Positions 32,568-41,180 of a DNA stretch of 64,000 nt are shown here, one piece after another (position 1 is the stretch's first letter; each line of letters begins with the position of its first letter). The notes under the pieces are model-generated. The model searched no databases, was not told the origin of the DNA, and saw only the letters and a list, made by a program, of their open reading frames with translations. The stretch lies in assembly GCA_947498125.1 (NCBI GenBank), contig CANMJH010000003.1, forward strand, positions 349,808 through 413,807. Direction: 5' to 3'. The translations under genes and the position numbers were made by a program. This stretch comes from an uncultured Nioella sp. (lineage in GTDB: Bacteria; Pseudomonadota; Alphaproteobacteria; Rhodobacterales; Rhodobacteraceae).

Positions 32568-32643
32568 CAAAGCTCCGCCCGGAGATGATCCGGGCGGGGT
32601 AACACTGTTTAGGACGATCGCATGGCTGTTGTGCGGGACAAAG
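32539..32643. repeat. direct repeat A, copy 1 (105 bp): overlaps the last ~10 codons of the SPFH gene and includes a downstream hairpin
   Basis: about 90% identical to 34146..34250; hairpin ccgcccg-gagatgatc-cgggcgg. Confidence 0.85.
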
Positions 32644-32815
32644 CGGGCTACTGCAATCTCCGCGATTGCAACTGCAAATCACTGGGCGGAGCTGGTCTTG
32701 GCAGCACCAGAAAATACTCTAGAACCGGCTGTTCAATGTCGCTTCTCGCAAATGTATTGTTGCAGCAATCAGCGGGCTGTACCGAATGGATGCGCTTCGT
32801 GCGGCTAGGATCGGG

Positions 32816-33769
32816 CTAGACTTGCTTCATCCGCCCAGACCCGTCTGAGGCGATAACCAGCCCTACCAAAATCACGGCAAATGCGATCATCGCCGTCACT
32901 GTCGGGCGTTCACCCAGAAACAACGCTCCGAGAATGGCAGTGATTATGGCCGTCAAATACCCATTTGGTACGATAAAGATTGGCCCACGTCGTCTTATCA
33001 GAAAAAAGCGTAGGAATTGGCCAATTCCGGTCGAAAACACACCGACACCCAAAACGCCCAAAATGGGTATTGCGCCTATGCTGGCGCCCGGAAGTTCTAC
33101 AACAAGAATGGGAATAGCCATAATCCCGGACGCCAGTGCCGCACCGGCGGTTGCCTGCATTGCCGAGTGGCTTGGCATGAGACGGATAATTATGGCTCCG
33201 GCTGCAAAGCCGAAGGTTGCCAGAAAAACAGCCATCTGGGCCATGTATTCACTGTTAGACCCAATCTGAGAAAGGGTTCCCGGACCCGCCAATAGTACTA
33301 AGCCGACGGACCCGACCACGAGGCCGAACCACTTGCGCAAGGAAACTTTGGTCTTCAGGATCGCCCATGACATAAACAAGATCATCAAGGGAATCGCAGC
33401 AAAAAAGGCGCCAAGGATGTTGGTCGGTATCCGTGTTTGTGCCCAAACCAAAAGAATAAATGGCACTACCCAAGCCACGATCCCAAACCCAGCTGACCAA
33501 ATCCACCCCCGAACTGTTCGTGGCAATCCATGCCCTGTGGCTAAGGAAAGTGGAACAAGAAACATCGCTGCGACAACGATCCGCGCAGCCCCTGTAGCAG
33601 CGACGCTGAAGCCGGATAGCGCTAGCGAAGTAAAGTAAAAAGCCGACCCGAAGCAAAGTGCAAGCATCCCGAGGCCCACATAAGAAACATAGTCAAACGA
33701 AGCTTTGGTCGAATTTTCTGATGTCAAAATTGACCCCAATGCGAAGAATCTCGGTGAACACGGATTCAC
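32816..33769 (-). CDS. DMT-superfamily (EamA-like) transporter
   Basis: about 10 TM helices with a duplicated EamA-like architecture; start codon uncertain (possibly internal Met). Confidence 0.7.
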   Translation of the reverse strand: MNPCSPRFFALGSILTSENSTKASFDYVSYVGLGMLALCFGSAFYFTSLALSGFSVAATGAARIVVAAMFLVPLSLATGHGLPRTVRGWIWSAGFGIVAWVVPFILLVWAQTRIPTNILGAFFAAIPLMILFMSWAILKTKVSLRKWFGLVVGSVGLVLLAGPGTLSQIGSNSEYMAQMAVFLATFGFAAGAIIIRLMPSHSAMQATAGAALASGIMAIPILVVELPGASIGAIPILGVLGVGVFSTGIGQFLRFFLIRRRGPIFIVPNGYLTAIITAILGALFLGERPTVTAMIAFAVILVGLVIASDGSGRMKQV

Positions 33770-33992
33770 CGGGTGGTCTCAGTAGGCTCGTCGAACGATA
33801 AGGATGCAACCCGTTTTTCGTTTCCTCAGCGAATGCTGCTCAAGGAACCAATGCCGAAGAACGGGTCGAAGCGGACCTCAGCCGCGATAACGGAATAGGT
33901 TCAACTCTTGATCCAGAGATTTTTCTGTTGGCAAAAAACATAGCGGCAGCGCTGCCCAAAACTTAAGGATTATGAACCAAAATCCCCGGCGC

Positions 33993-34140
33993 AGGCAGGC
34001 TGAAATAAACGCCGGGCCAATAGTGGATTTCCCACTCCACACGCATCTCGGTTCCTGTCACGCCCCGATCAACGCTGATGGGTTCGGGCCAAACCAGGAG
34101 AAAACAAATGCAAATGTTCAAAATTTTCCGGTCTCGGCGT
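33993..34140. repeat. repeat B, copy 1 (~150 bp): duplicated promoter/5'-UTR/RBS and the first codons of the PepSY-like gene at 37956
   Basis: about 80% identity to 37841..37986, including gcatctcggttcctgtNacgccccgatca and gggttcgggccaaaccaggagaaaac-aaatgcaaa. Confidence 0.8.
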
Positions 34141-34173
34141 TTTGGTGTCCGACACCGCGCGTTTGCGCGACTG
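34108..34173 (+). pseudogene. truncated 5' remnant of a PepSY-like gene (MQMFKIF...), fused to repeat A
   Basis: ATG with the same RBS as gene 37956; first 8 codons homologous; the frame runs into repeat A and stops after 21 codons. Confidence 0.6.
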
Positions 34174-34250
34174 ATAAAGCTCCGCCCTAAGATGATCAGG
34201 GCGGGGTAACATTGTTTAGGACGATCGCATGGCTGTTGTGAGGGACAAAG
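34146..34250. repeat. direct repeat A, copy 2
   Basis: matches 32539..32643; hairpin ccgccct-aagatgatc-agggcgg keeps its pairing through a G-C to T-A compensatory change. Confidence 0.85.
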
Positions 34251-34300
34251 TGAATTTTGCGGCCATTCCACCAATACCAGCTTCGCTAAAGTCCAAGCAC

Positions 34301-34648
34301 CTATTCAGACGCAGTAAACGCTGCCACTTGGACGGTTTTGCAATCAAAGTTACCTTCGTCACCGTATGACAGCATCGTCTCAGGGTGATATTCAGGCAGG
34401 TTTTCATCGGAGCATCCAGCACGGAAACTCGTCAACGTCTCTTCTGCGATCCTCGGATCAAGCGGGCCCTGATTGTGAACGGATAGATGATATTCCGCTT
34501 TCTCGGCGCTGTGTAAGGTCGTGTCAAAAAAGAGCAGTTCTACTGCGCTCTTCGGCAAGAAACTGGAAAGTGAGATCGTTCCATCTTCAGCAACAACACA
34601 ATCGGGAGCCACAGCCACCACCGAGTTACTAAACGAACCGCCAGACAT
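34301..34648 (-). CDS. hypothetical protein (115 aa), low-GC orphan ORF; possibly a gene fragment
   Basis: ORF in a locally AT-richer stretch with codon usage unlike the backbone; no recognised domain. Confidence 0.3.
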   Translation of the reverse strand: MSGGSFSNSVVAVAPDCVVAEDGTISLSSFLPKSAVELLFFDTTLHSAEKAEYHLSVHNQGPLDPRIAEETLTSFRAGCSDENLPEYHPETMLSYGDEGNFDCKTVQVAAFTASE

Positions 34649-34787
34649 TACTTCTACCGGGGTGCAAGGGTTTCGCTCTCATCAGGTACGCAGCAACAAG
34701 GTGCTAACTGTCCGCGAGATTAAGTCCCAGGGGGCGGCGGTATAGTACTTATTGCCGATTGCCGTCACGGTTGGAACATTCACGTCT

Positions 34788-35681
34788 TCACGCCTGCCTT
34801 GCCGAGGATGGGAAGACCAATGCCTCCCCTTCGGGCCGGGTGTTCAGCATCTCAAGTAACTCCGTGTCTTCGAGCCCATCCTCTAGCTGATTGGCCCAGA
34901 CTTTGAAGAATTTAAGCTGTGAGTTTCCGAAAGACGTGATCATGGCGACATCGCCCGCATCTGCACCTCGCACCATGAGAATCCTACCTACCCTAGGGGT
35001 ATTGTAGCGTGCATCGAATGTGTGCCACCGCCCGCCGAGATACACCTCAAACCAGGCACAGAAATCTCCCGGACCGGAATGTGGAACGCCAATGTCGCCA
35101 AGATAACCGCTGGCATACCGCGCCGGAATGTTCATGGCCCGGCAAAGCGCGATCGACAAATGCGCGAAATCGCGGCAAACGCCGGTCTTTTCGCGAAAAA
35201 CCTCCGATGCAGTCTTATTGGAGCGACCGAATTGGTAGCCAAAGGTCAGATGGTCATGAACGAACTGAGTGATGGCCTGGACCCGAAACCAGCCTTCGGG
35301 GGTGTGTTCGAACAAAGCCCAGGCATCTTTCACTAAATTGTCGCTATCGCAATACCGGCTGGGCATCAAGAATGTCAGGATGTCATTGGGCAGTTCGGCG
35401 ATTGAATGCTGCTGGGCGGAGGGCACCTGAGGGTCGGGAGCCCCATCTAATTCGACAACGCAGTCCGACCAAAGATTGGTCGATCCGCCTTGGGCGAGAA
35501 GCCGTGTGAACCGGTTTCCAAATCTGTCGACATAGGTCCATGCATTGCCGTCTTCGGAGGTTCGAACAAAATCGAGGCCGATCAGCCGACCCTCTAGCTC
35601 TGTGTGGGTTGAGAGAGCCAGCAGCATCGGCAAAGGGTCTGTGCACTGGATTTCGATTTCGAATCCAAAGCGGATCAGCAT
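34788..35681 (-). CDS. transglutaminase-like family protein (Bact_transglu_N plus transglutaminase-core-like cysteine protease fold)
   Basis: core motif GVCRDFAHLSIALCRAMNIPARYASGY plus downstream His/Asp; start at ATG 35681 (MLIRFGFE). Confidence 0.8.
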   Translation of the reverse strand: MLIRFGFEIEIQCTDPLPMLLALSTHTELEGRLIGLDFVRTSEDGNAWTYVDRFGNRFTRLLAQGGSTNLWSDCVVELDGAPDPQVPSAQQHSIAELPNDILTFLMPSRYCDSDNLVKDAWALFEHTPEGWFRVQAITQFVHDHLTFGYQFGRSNKTASEVFREKTGVCRDFAHLSIALCRAMNIPARYASGYLGDIGVPHSGPGDFCAWFEVYLGGRWHTFDARYNTPRVGRILMVRGADAGDVAMITSFGNSQLKFFKVWANQLEDGLEDTELLEMLNTRPEGEALVFPSSARQA

Positions 35682-36039
35682 GAGGTCATCCTTATTGTCA
35701 GGAGTGTGAACGACGCGGGTATGACCAGTGATCGCAAACCACCATAAAGCATGCCGCACTCCGGCAATGGTGAGCCTTTTTCCGAACCCTAATCAGTTTA
35801 TTTTGAATGGAGCAAGAAGACGATCGCGTAAACGTGCTTAACCCGCATCAGAGCGAGAGAGAACCTCGGGGAACATGTTACGGCGGCCGTCCCTAAAAGG
35901 CCGATACCAGATAGCAGCCATTCATTCAACCTGCAGCTTCCGGCATACCGGGCTCAGGGCAAGAAATCGCTGTTGTTGCGAAGGGTTTGGTTGGCCGAAT
36001 GCCTGGTTCTGTAGCGCCCTTGCTAAAGCTGCGGGACGG

Positions 36040-36375
36040 TTAACTCGTGGCGGCGTCTAGCTTGGCTGCGCAGATAAAGTCATTCTCTGACAACCGGCCC
36101 AGTTCATGGGACGTAAATGTGACGGTGCAGTAGCCCCAGCCAAAGCACACGTCGGCATGGTGACCTTCTTTGTCGCTAATGAACGCCGCCACATTCGCGG
36201 TATAGACCGCCTTTGAAAATGCTTTGAACGTGAATGTCCGCGACAATTTTTGCGTTTCCGGGTCGAGAATCCAATCAGGGTCCAGCTTTGCTTTCAGGGC
36301 TTTTAAGGTCTGGTCGGTCAATGCCGGAACCCAGCCTTCACATGCCGCACAGGATTTTTCGGACAATTCGGTCAT
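36040..36375 (-). CDS. phhB: pterin-4a-carbinolamine dehydratase
   Basis: PCD/DCoH-like sequence with the EGHHAD motif; immediately downstream of phhA. Confidence 0.85.
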   Translation of the reverse strand: MTELSEKSCAACEGWVPALTDQTLKALKAKLDPDWILDPETQKLSRTFTFKAFSKAVYTANVAAFISDKEGHHADVCFGWGYCTVTFTSHELGRLSENDFICAAKLDAATS

Positions 36376-36383
36376 GCCGGGCC

Positions 36384-37175
36384 TCACTTCTTTTTCGGGG
36401 GATAAGTTGGAGCGTGCAGACCCAACGAGCGTGCAACCCGAATATCGGTCAGCAGATCACGTTTGGACGCTTCCATAAGTTGCGACACGTCATCGAGCAC
36501 AAAATAGATCGGCTGGTTGATATCAATCCGGTACGGCGTGCGCAGAATATCGATCACGTCAAAAGGTTTGCGGGCAACCGATGGGTCATTAATGGAATGG
36601 CTAAGCTCGCCGGGCGAAGATGCAAGCCCAGAGCCTAGCGCCTTGATTTGCCCATCTTCGCGGATCAACCCAAATTCAATTGTGAACCAATACAAACGGA
36701 TCAGCCATGAATAGTCTGCCGGATCGCATTGCAGTCCGGTTTCGCCAATGGCCTGCGAAAACCGAGCAAATCTGGGGTCGGTCAGCAAGGGCGTATGGCC
36801 ATAGATCTCGTGAAAAATATCGGGCTCTTCGATATAGTCGAAATCGTCACGATCACGAATGAAAGACGCAGCCGGAAATGTTTTCTCTGACAGCATTTTG
36901 AAAAAGCGCGCGAAGCCAATCAGGGCCGGCACGGGCGAGACCTTCCAGCCCGTTAACGCAAGCAAGGTTTCAGACACCTCGACACATTGCGGTACGCGAT
37001 GCGTTGGAAGGTTCAGTTTCTTTTGCCCATCCAGAAAAAGGCGCGAGGCAAACCTGTCTACGCTTGGCTGTTGTTGCGCCACCAGATCGCGCCAAACGTC
37101 GTTCTCCTCCGCGTTATATTCAATTCGTCCGCTGTCATCTGCGACCTTGGCAAAATATTTCGTATCCTTCGGCAT
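36384..37175 (-). CDS. phhA: phenylalanine 4-hydroxylase
   Basis: aromatic-amino-acid hydroxylase iron-binding region PDIFHEIYGHTPLL, and GLASSPGE. Confidence 0.9.
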   Translation of the reverse strand: MPKDTKYFAKVADDSGRIEYNAEENDVWRDLVAQQQPSVDRFASRLFLDGQKKLNLPTHRVPQCVEVSETLLALTGWKVSPVPALIGFARFFKMLSEKTFPAASFIRDRDDFDYIEEPDIFHEIYGHTPLLTDPRFARFSQAIGETGLQCDPADYSWLIRLYWFTIEFGLIREDGQIKALGSGLASSPGELSHSINDPSVARKPFDVIDILRTPYRIDINQPIYFVLDDVSQLMEASKRDLLTDIRVARSLGLHAPTYPPKKK

Positions 37176-37290
37176 TGGGTCCTCCGCACTGCTTCATTGG
37201 GAAATTCTAGGGCCCAATCTGAAGAAAAATCTTTCCAATCGCGTTGTGATGTCGCTACTTTGGGGTGAGATTTGCCCAAAAATACCCATT

Positions 37291-37761
37291 ATGGGAAAAA
37301 TTATGCTTGATGAGTTTGAAGAACGGATTCTAAAGGTGCTGCAGCGCAATGGTCGTGCAAGCACACAAGAGTTGTCGAATGCTGTCGGTTTGTCGCCATC
37401 ACCCTGCTGGCGGCGCGTCAAGCGCTTGGAAGACGAAGGATATATCGCCCGTTATGCAGCGATCTTGGACGGCAAAAAATTAGGGCTCCATGCCTTTGCC
37501 CATGTTCAAATTTCTTTGGTTGACCATAGCGAGGCGTCGGTGAAGATCTTTCAGGACTTTGTTCAGCACAGCGAACAAGTGCTGGAATGTGCGTCGATCA
37601 CCGGAGATTTCGATTTTATTCTGAAAGTTGTGGCGAGCGACCCTGAGGCGCTGGAGCAGTTCATGATGAAAAAGATATTGCGTTTGGGCGTCGTGCGGAC
37701 AACGGCGACCAATTTCATATTGCGGCAGATAAAGGTAACTGGCGCGCTTCCTGTTGGGTGA
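37291..37761 (+). CDS. Lrp/AsnC-family transcriptional regulator, divergent from phhA
   Basis: N-terminal HTH (LDEFEERILKVLQRNGRASTQELSNAVGLSPSPCWRRVKRLEDEGYI) plus a RAM-domain-like C-terminus. Confidence 0.85.
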   Translation: MGKIMLDEFEERILKVLQRNGRASTQELSNAVGLSPSPCWRRVKRLEDEGYIARYAAILDGKKLGLHAFAHVQISLVDHSEASVKIFQDFVQHSEQVLECASITGDFDFILKVVASDPEALEQFMMKKILRLGVVRTTATNFILRQIKVTGALPVG

Positions 37762-37840
37762 TTTTCTGGGGCCGACACCAAGAAAATCCGGCAATTTAAG
37801 GCCCTAAACCTAAAGTTTATGGACATATTCCTTGGGCTTA

Positions 37841-37986
37841 GGCAGGCCAGAATAAACCCGCGGTCAATAGAGATTACCCACCAAACTTTGCATCTCGGTT
37901 CCTGTAACGCCCCGATCACCACTGTTGGGTTCGGGCCAAACCAGGAGAAAACCAAATGCAAACGTTCAAAATTTCCGCTCTCGCCG
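37841..37986. repeat. repeat B, copy 2 (native promoter/5' region of the PepSY-like gene)
   Basis: see 33993..34140. Confidence 0.8.
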
Positions 37987-38216
37987 TGTTATTGTCGACC
38001 ACAATGCTGATCGCAGGCCCCGTCGAGGATAAGGTGGCCGAGCTTGAGGCCGCAGGCTACACAGATATTGAAGTCGAAACCGAAGATGGGCTGGTCGAAA
38101 TTGAAGCCACTGGCCCGGATGGCGAAATTGAGATCTTGATGGATCCCGAGACCGGCGAGATCTTGGAAGAAGAGCTTGAAGATGAAGACGAGGATGATGA
38201 CGAAGACGACGATTAA
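37956..38216 (+). CDS. small secreted PepSY-like protein with poly-acidic C-terminal tail
   Basis: signal peptide; PepSY-like core (AGYTDIEVETEDGLVEIEATGPDGEIEILMDPETGEIL); tail EDEDEDDDEDDD. Confidence 0.6.
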   Translation: MQTFKISALAVLLSTTMLIAGPVEDKVAELEAAGYTDIEVETEDGLVEIEATGPDGEIEILMDPETGEILEEELEDEDEDDDEDDD

Positions 38217-38273
38217 TCCTGCACCATCGCTTGGCCTGCCCCTTTTCGGGCGGGCCAAGCCCTTGGGAGACGT

Positions 38274-38570
38274 TTGATGACCCGTGCCTTTGCCCTTTGC
38301 CTTGCTCTTTGTTTTGCCACGCCTCTTTGGGCGGATGGGCAGACAGCGCTGTCGCTTTGGATGCGGACGCTTGAGGCGCAAGGCTATGACGAGATCGAGG
38401 TAGGGCGCACATGGCTGGGGCGTATTCGGATCGAGGCTGAACGCGGCGCGGTTGAACGGCTGATCATTCTGGACCGAGCAACAGGCGAAGTGCTGCGCGA
38501 TGTCTCGTGGGCCGAAGACGGCGAATATCACCATCCGTTTGAAGACGACGATGAGGTCGAGGATGACTGA
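38274..38570 (+). CDS. second small secreted PepSY-like protein with acidic tail
   Basis: signal peptide; AQGYDEIEV...ILDRATGEVL; tail EDDDEVEDD. Confidence 0.55.
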   Translation: MMTRAFALCLALCFATPLWADGQTALSLWMRTLEAQGYDEIEVGRTWLGRIRIEAERGAVERLIILDRATGEVLRDVSWAEDGEYHHPFEDDDEVEDD

Positions 38571-38591
38571 TCTGCCGCAAAAGGCGCTGTC

Positions 38592-39074
38592 ATGAGCTGG
38601 CCCTTGCGTTTGCTCATCGGGGTTCAGGCCCTCTGCGCCCTCGTGTTTCTTTGGGATTTGGCGGCAAGCGTATTTGGGCTACGCAGTGCGCCGATGTCAT
38701 GGCAATTGCGCGAAGTTATCGAAATTGGCGCCGCGTTGGGGCTGTTGGCGGGGCTTGCCATCGGCACGCAAGTGGTGCTGCGGGCGCGTTCGCGGCAAAA
38801 GCTGGCCGAGGCGAGCCTACGCGCCGCCTCAGGAGAGTTCATGACACTTGTTCAGGAAAAATTCACCGAATGGGGGCTGACACCCGCCGAACGAGACGTT
38901 GCACTATTCGCGATCAAGGGCATGAGCCTTTCTGAAATCGCCAGTTTGCGCGCGACATCAGAAGGCACGGTAAAGGCGCAGACCAATGCGATTTACCGCA
39001 AAGCCGGAGTCAGCGGACGCCCGCAGCTATTAAGCCTGTTTATTGAAGACCTGCTGGACGCGGGGCCGGGTTGA
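38592..39074 (+). CDS. membrane-anchored LuxR/GerE-family HTH transcriptional regulator
   Basis: two N-terminal TM helices; C-terminal LuxR-type HTH (LTPAERDVALFAIKGMSLSEIASLRATSEGTVKAQTNAIYRKAGV). Confidence 0.7.
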   Translation: MSWPLRLLIGVQALCALVFLWDLAASVFGLRSAPMSWQLREVIEIGAALGLLAGLAIGTQVVLRARSRQKLAEASLRAASGEFMTLVQEKFTEWGLTPAERDVALFAIKGMSLSEIASLRATSEGTVKAQTNAIYRKAGVSGRPQLLSLFIEDLLDAGPG

Positions 39075-39242
39075 CGGGAAGGCATTCGCGCGATGCACTC
39101 AACCCTGATTATCAAGTCGATAAAGCGGGGTATGTAGGCGGACAAAAGCGCCGCGCGCTGATAGAGTGTCCCGAGCCGTCTCAACCAAACGTGGCCCCGG
39201 AGAGGCGATTGTCAGAATGAAACCAAGTATCGGGAGAAAATC

Positions 39243-39617
39243 ATGAAAATTGCCGGGTTGGTTCTTGTCGCGCTTATCGCGGCTCTTCATTTCTATATCG
39301 CTTGGTTCGAGATGTTCGCATGGACAACACGTGGCCCCGCTGTCTTTGATACCTTCCCCCCTGAGCTTTTTGATCAGACCATTCAGATGGCCGCAAACCA
39401 AGGCATTTATAACGCCTTTCTGGCAATTGGGTTGGTTTGGTCTTTGGTGATAAAAGATGAAAAATGGCAGTTTAACATAGCAGTGTGTTTCTTGAGTTTT
39501 GTCGCCGTTGCGGGCGTTGTGGCCGGCGCAACCGTTGCGCTGAAATCCGGCCTTCCGCAATTTGTTCCCGCGACAATTGCGCTGGCGCTCTTGATCATCT
39601 CACGCAAACAAGCCTGA
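39243..39617 (+). CDS. DUF1304-family small membrane protein
   Basis: four TM helices; resembles the DUF1304 family. Confidence 0.65.
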   Translation: MKIAGLVLVALIAALHFYIAWFEMFAWTTRGPAVFDTFPPELFDQTIQMAANQGIYNAFLAIGLVWSLVIKDEKWQFNIAVCFLSFVAVAGVVAGATVALKSGLPQFVPATIALALLIISRKQA

Positions 39618-39818
39618 CATCCCTACATATAGGAAACGCGGCCAGCGATGCTGATCCGTTTTCGCACCTATGCCAAAAGCGCCTCGGTCCGCGTGGTTCT
39701 TATAGAAGTTTCGCTGGTTCGGGTGCCCTAGAACATCAAGGCGCTTTCGCGATTGCATGTCCCGTTCGAACCCTGCTAAAACTAGTATACCAGTCACAAA
39801 TCCCTGAGACCACTTTTC

Positions 39819-41180
39819 GTGCATACCTCTGCTGTTCCCAACACAGCGAGCATCCTTAAGCTCGCTTGGCCGCTGACGCTGAAAGCCATGATGTTGCATG
39901 GCATTATCGTCATTGACGCCTATCTTGTCGCGGCTTTGGGCGAAGAGGCCGTCGCCGCGATGGGACTGGCCGGATCCTTTGCAGGGTTGGTCTTGGGCAT
40001 CATCATGGCCTTTTCCAATGCCACACAAATCCGTATTGCGCAGGCCTTTGGGTCGGGCAGCGATGTGGCCCTTAAAACAGGGCTCTATATCGGGCTGCTG
40101 ATTAATATTGTGGCGGCCAGTTTTGGCGCGCTTTTGCTGGTGTTGTTTGGCGGCGACTTAATCGGATATTTCGCCCATACGCCATGGATCGCGGCCGAGG
40201 CCGAGAAATACCTGATGGTGTTTCTGTTGGTCTTTGCCTTTGAAATGTTCGGCCAATGTCTGGGCAGCTATTTCAATGGCTGTGGCAAGACAGTTGTGCC
40301 TTTCCTAAGCTATCTGATCGCCATCCCGCTCAACATCATTGTTAGCTATGCCTTTATCCACGGCGCCTTTGGGTTTCCGGAACTGGGCGTGATGGGCGCG
40401 GCGTTGGGCAGTGCGATTGCCTCGATGATGCGGCTGCTGTTCATGGCGGTACAGCTTTACCGCAAGAACCGGGCCTATCTGGACGTGGCCGGGTGGAAAA
40501 ACGGAACCTTTTTGGTGTCGCTGAAACGCCACCTAAAATTTGCGCTGCCGATTGCCGCGACCTTTGTGTCGGTAGTTGTCGCCAATAATGTTGCGGTGAT
40601 GCTTTATGCCAAGATGAGCGTGAACCAATTTGCCGCCATGACGCTGATCCACCCGTGGATTCAGGTGCTTGGTACGTTCGGTATTTCCTGGGCGATGGCG
40701 ACGGGCATCATGGTGGCGCAGCTATTGGGCAAGGACCAACGCGGGCCCGAGCTGGACCTATTCTTGAAGCGCGCATGGATCGGAGCAATGAGCGCCGCGG
40801 GCATCGTTGCCTTATGCTATTTGACGCTGACGCTGCTGTCGGATCAGATCTATGGCAACCTTCAGGACGAGACCCGTGCGGCCTTGTATAGTTTCCTGCC
40901 GATCTTGCTAATTTTGCCGTTCCCCAAGGGATCAAACGCGATGTGCGGGCATTCCCTGCGGGCCGGCGGGGATACGGTTTACGTGATGAATATCTTCATC
41001 TCGTCGCAATGGCTGTGCCGGTTGCCCCTGACGGCTTTCGTGATTTTCTATCTGGAAGGCGCCGCCGTCTGGGTTCTGGTGGCCGTTCTGGCCGAAGAGC
41101 TTTTCAAATTCCCACTCTTCCACCGGCGCTTTTTGAAGGGCAGATGGAAAGAGGGTCTGGCCGAAGAGGAGACGGCCTAA
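39819..41180 (+). CDS. MATE-family efflux transporter
   Basis: 12-TM protein with a MATE-like N-terminus (LKLAWPLTLKAMMLHGIIVIDAYLVAALG). Confidence 0.8.
   Translation: MHTSAVPNTASILKLAWPLTLKAMMLHGIIVIDAYLVAALGEEAVAAMGLAGSFAGLVLGIIMAFSNATQIRIAQAFGSGSDVALKTGLYIGLLINIVAASFGALLLVLFGGDLIGYFAHTPWIAAEAEKYLMVFLLVFAFEMFGQCLGSYFNGCGKTVVPFLSYLIAIPLNIIVSYAFIHGAFGFPELGVMGAALGSAIASMMRLLFMAVQLYRKNRAYLDVAGWKNGTFLVSLKRHLKFALPIAATFVSVVVANNVAVMLYAKMSVNQFAAMTLIHPWIQVLGTFGISWAMATGIMVAQLLGKDQRGPELDLFLKRAWIGAMSAAGIVALCYLTLTLLSDQIYGNLQDETRAALYSFLPILLILPFPKGSNAMCGHSLRAGGDTVYVMNIFISSQWLCRLPLTAFVIFYLEGAAVWVLVAVLAEELFKFPLFHRRFLKGRWKEGLAEEETA

Noticed and set aside
31614-32570. 318-aa minus-strand ORF
   Set aside because: Antisense to the SPFH-domain gene. 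The sense frame carries the recognisable domain and an AAGGAG RBS.
35651-35670. Sequence tttcgatttcgaatcc resembling the tRNA T-loop region (ttcgaatcc), considered as a possible att repeat
   Set aside because: Only 9 nt match, inside the transglutaminase-like coding region. This is insufficient for a duplicated tRNA 3' end.
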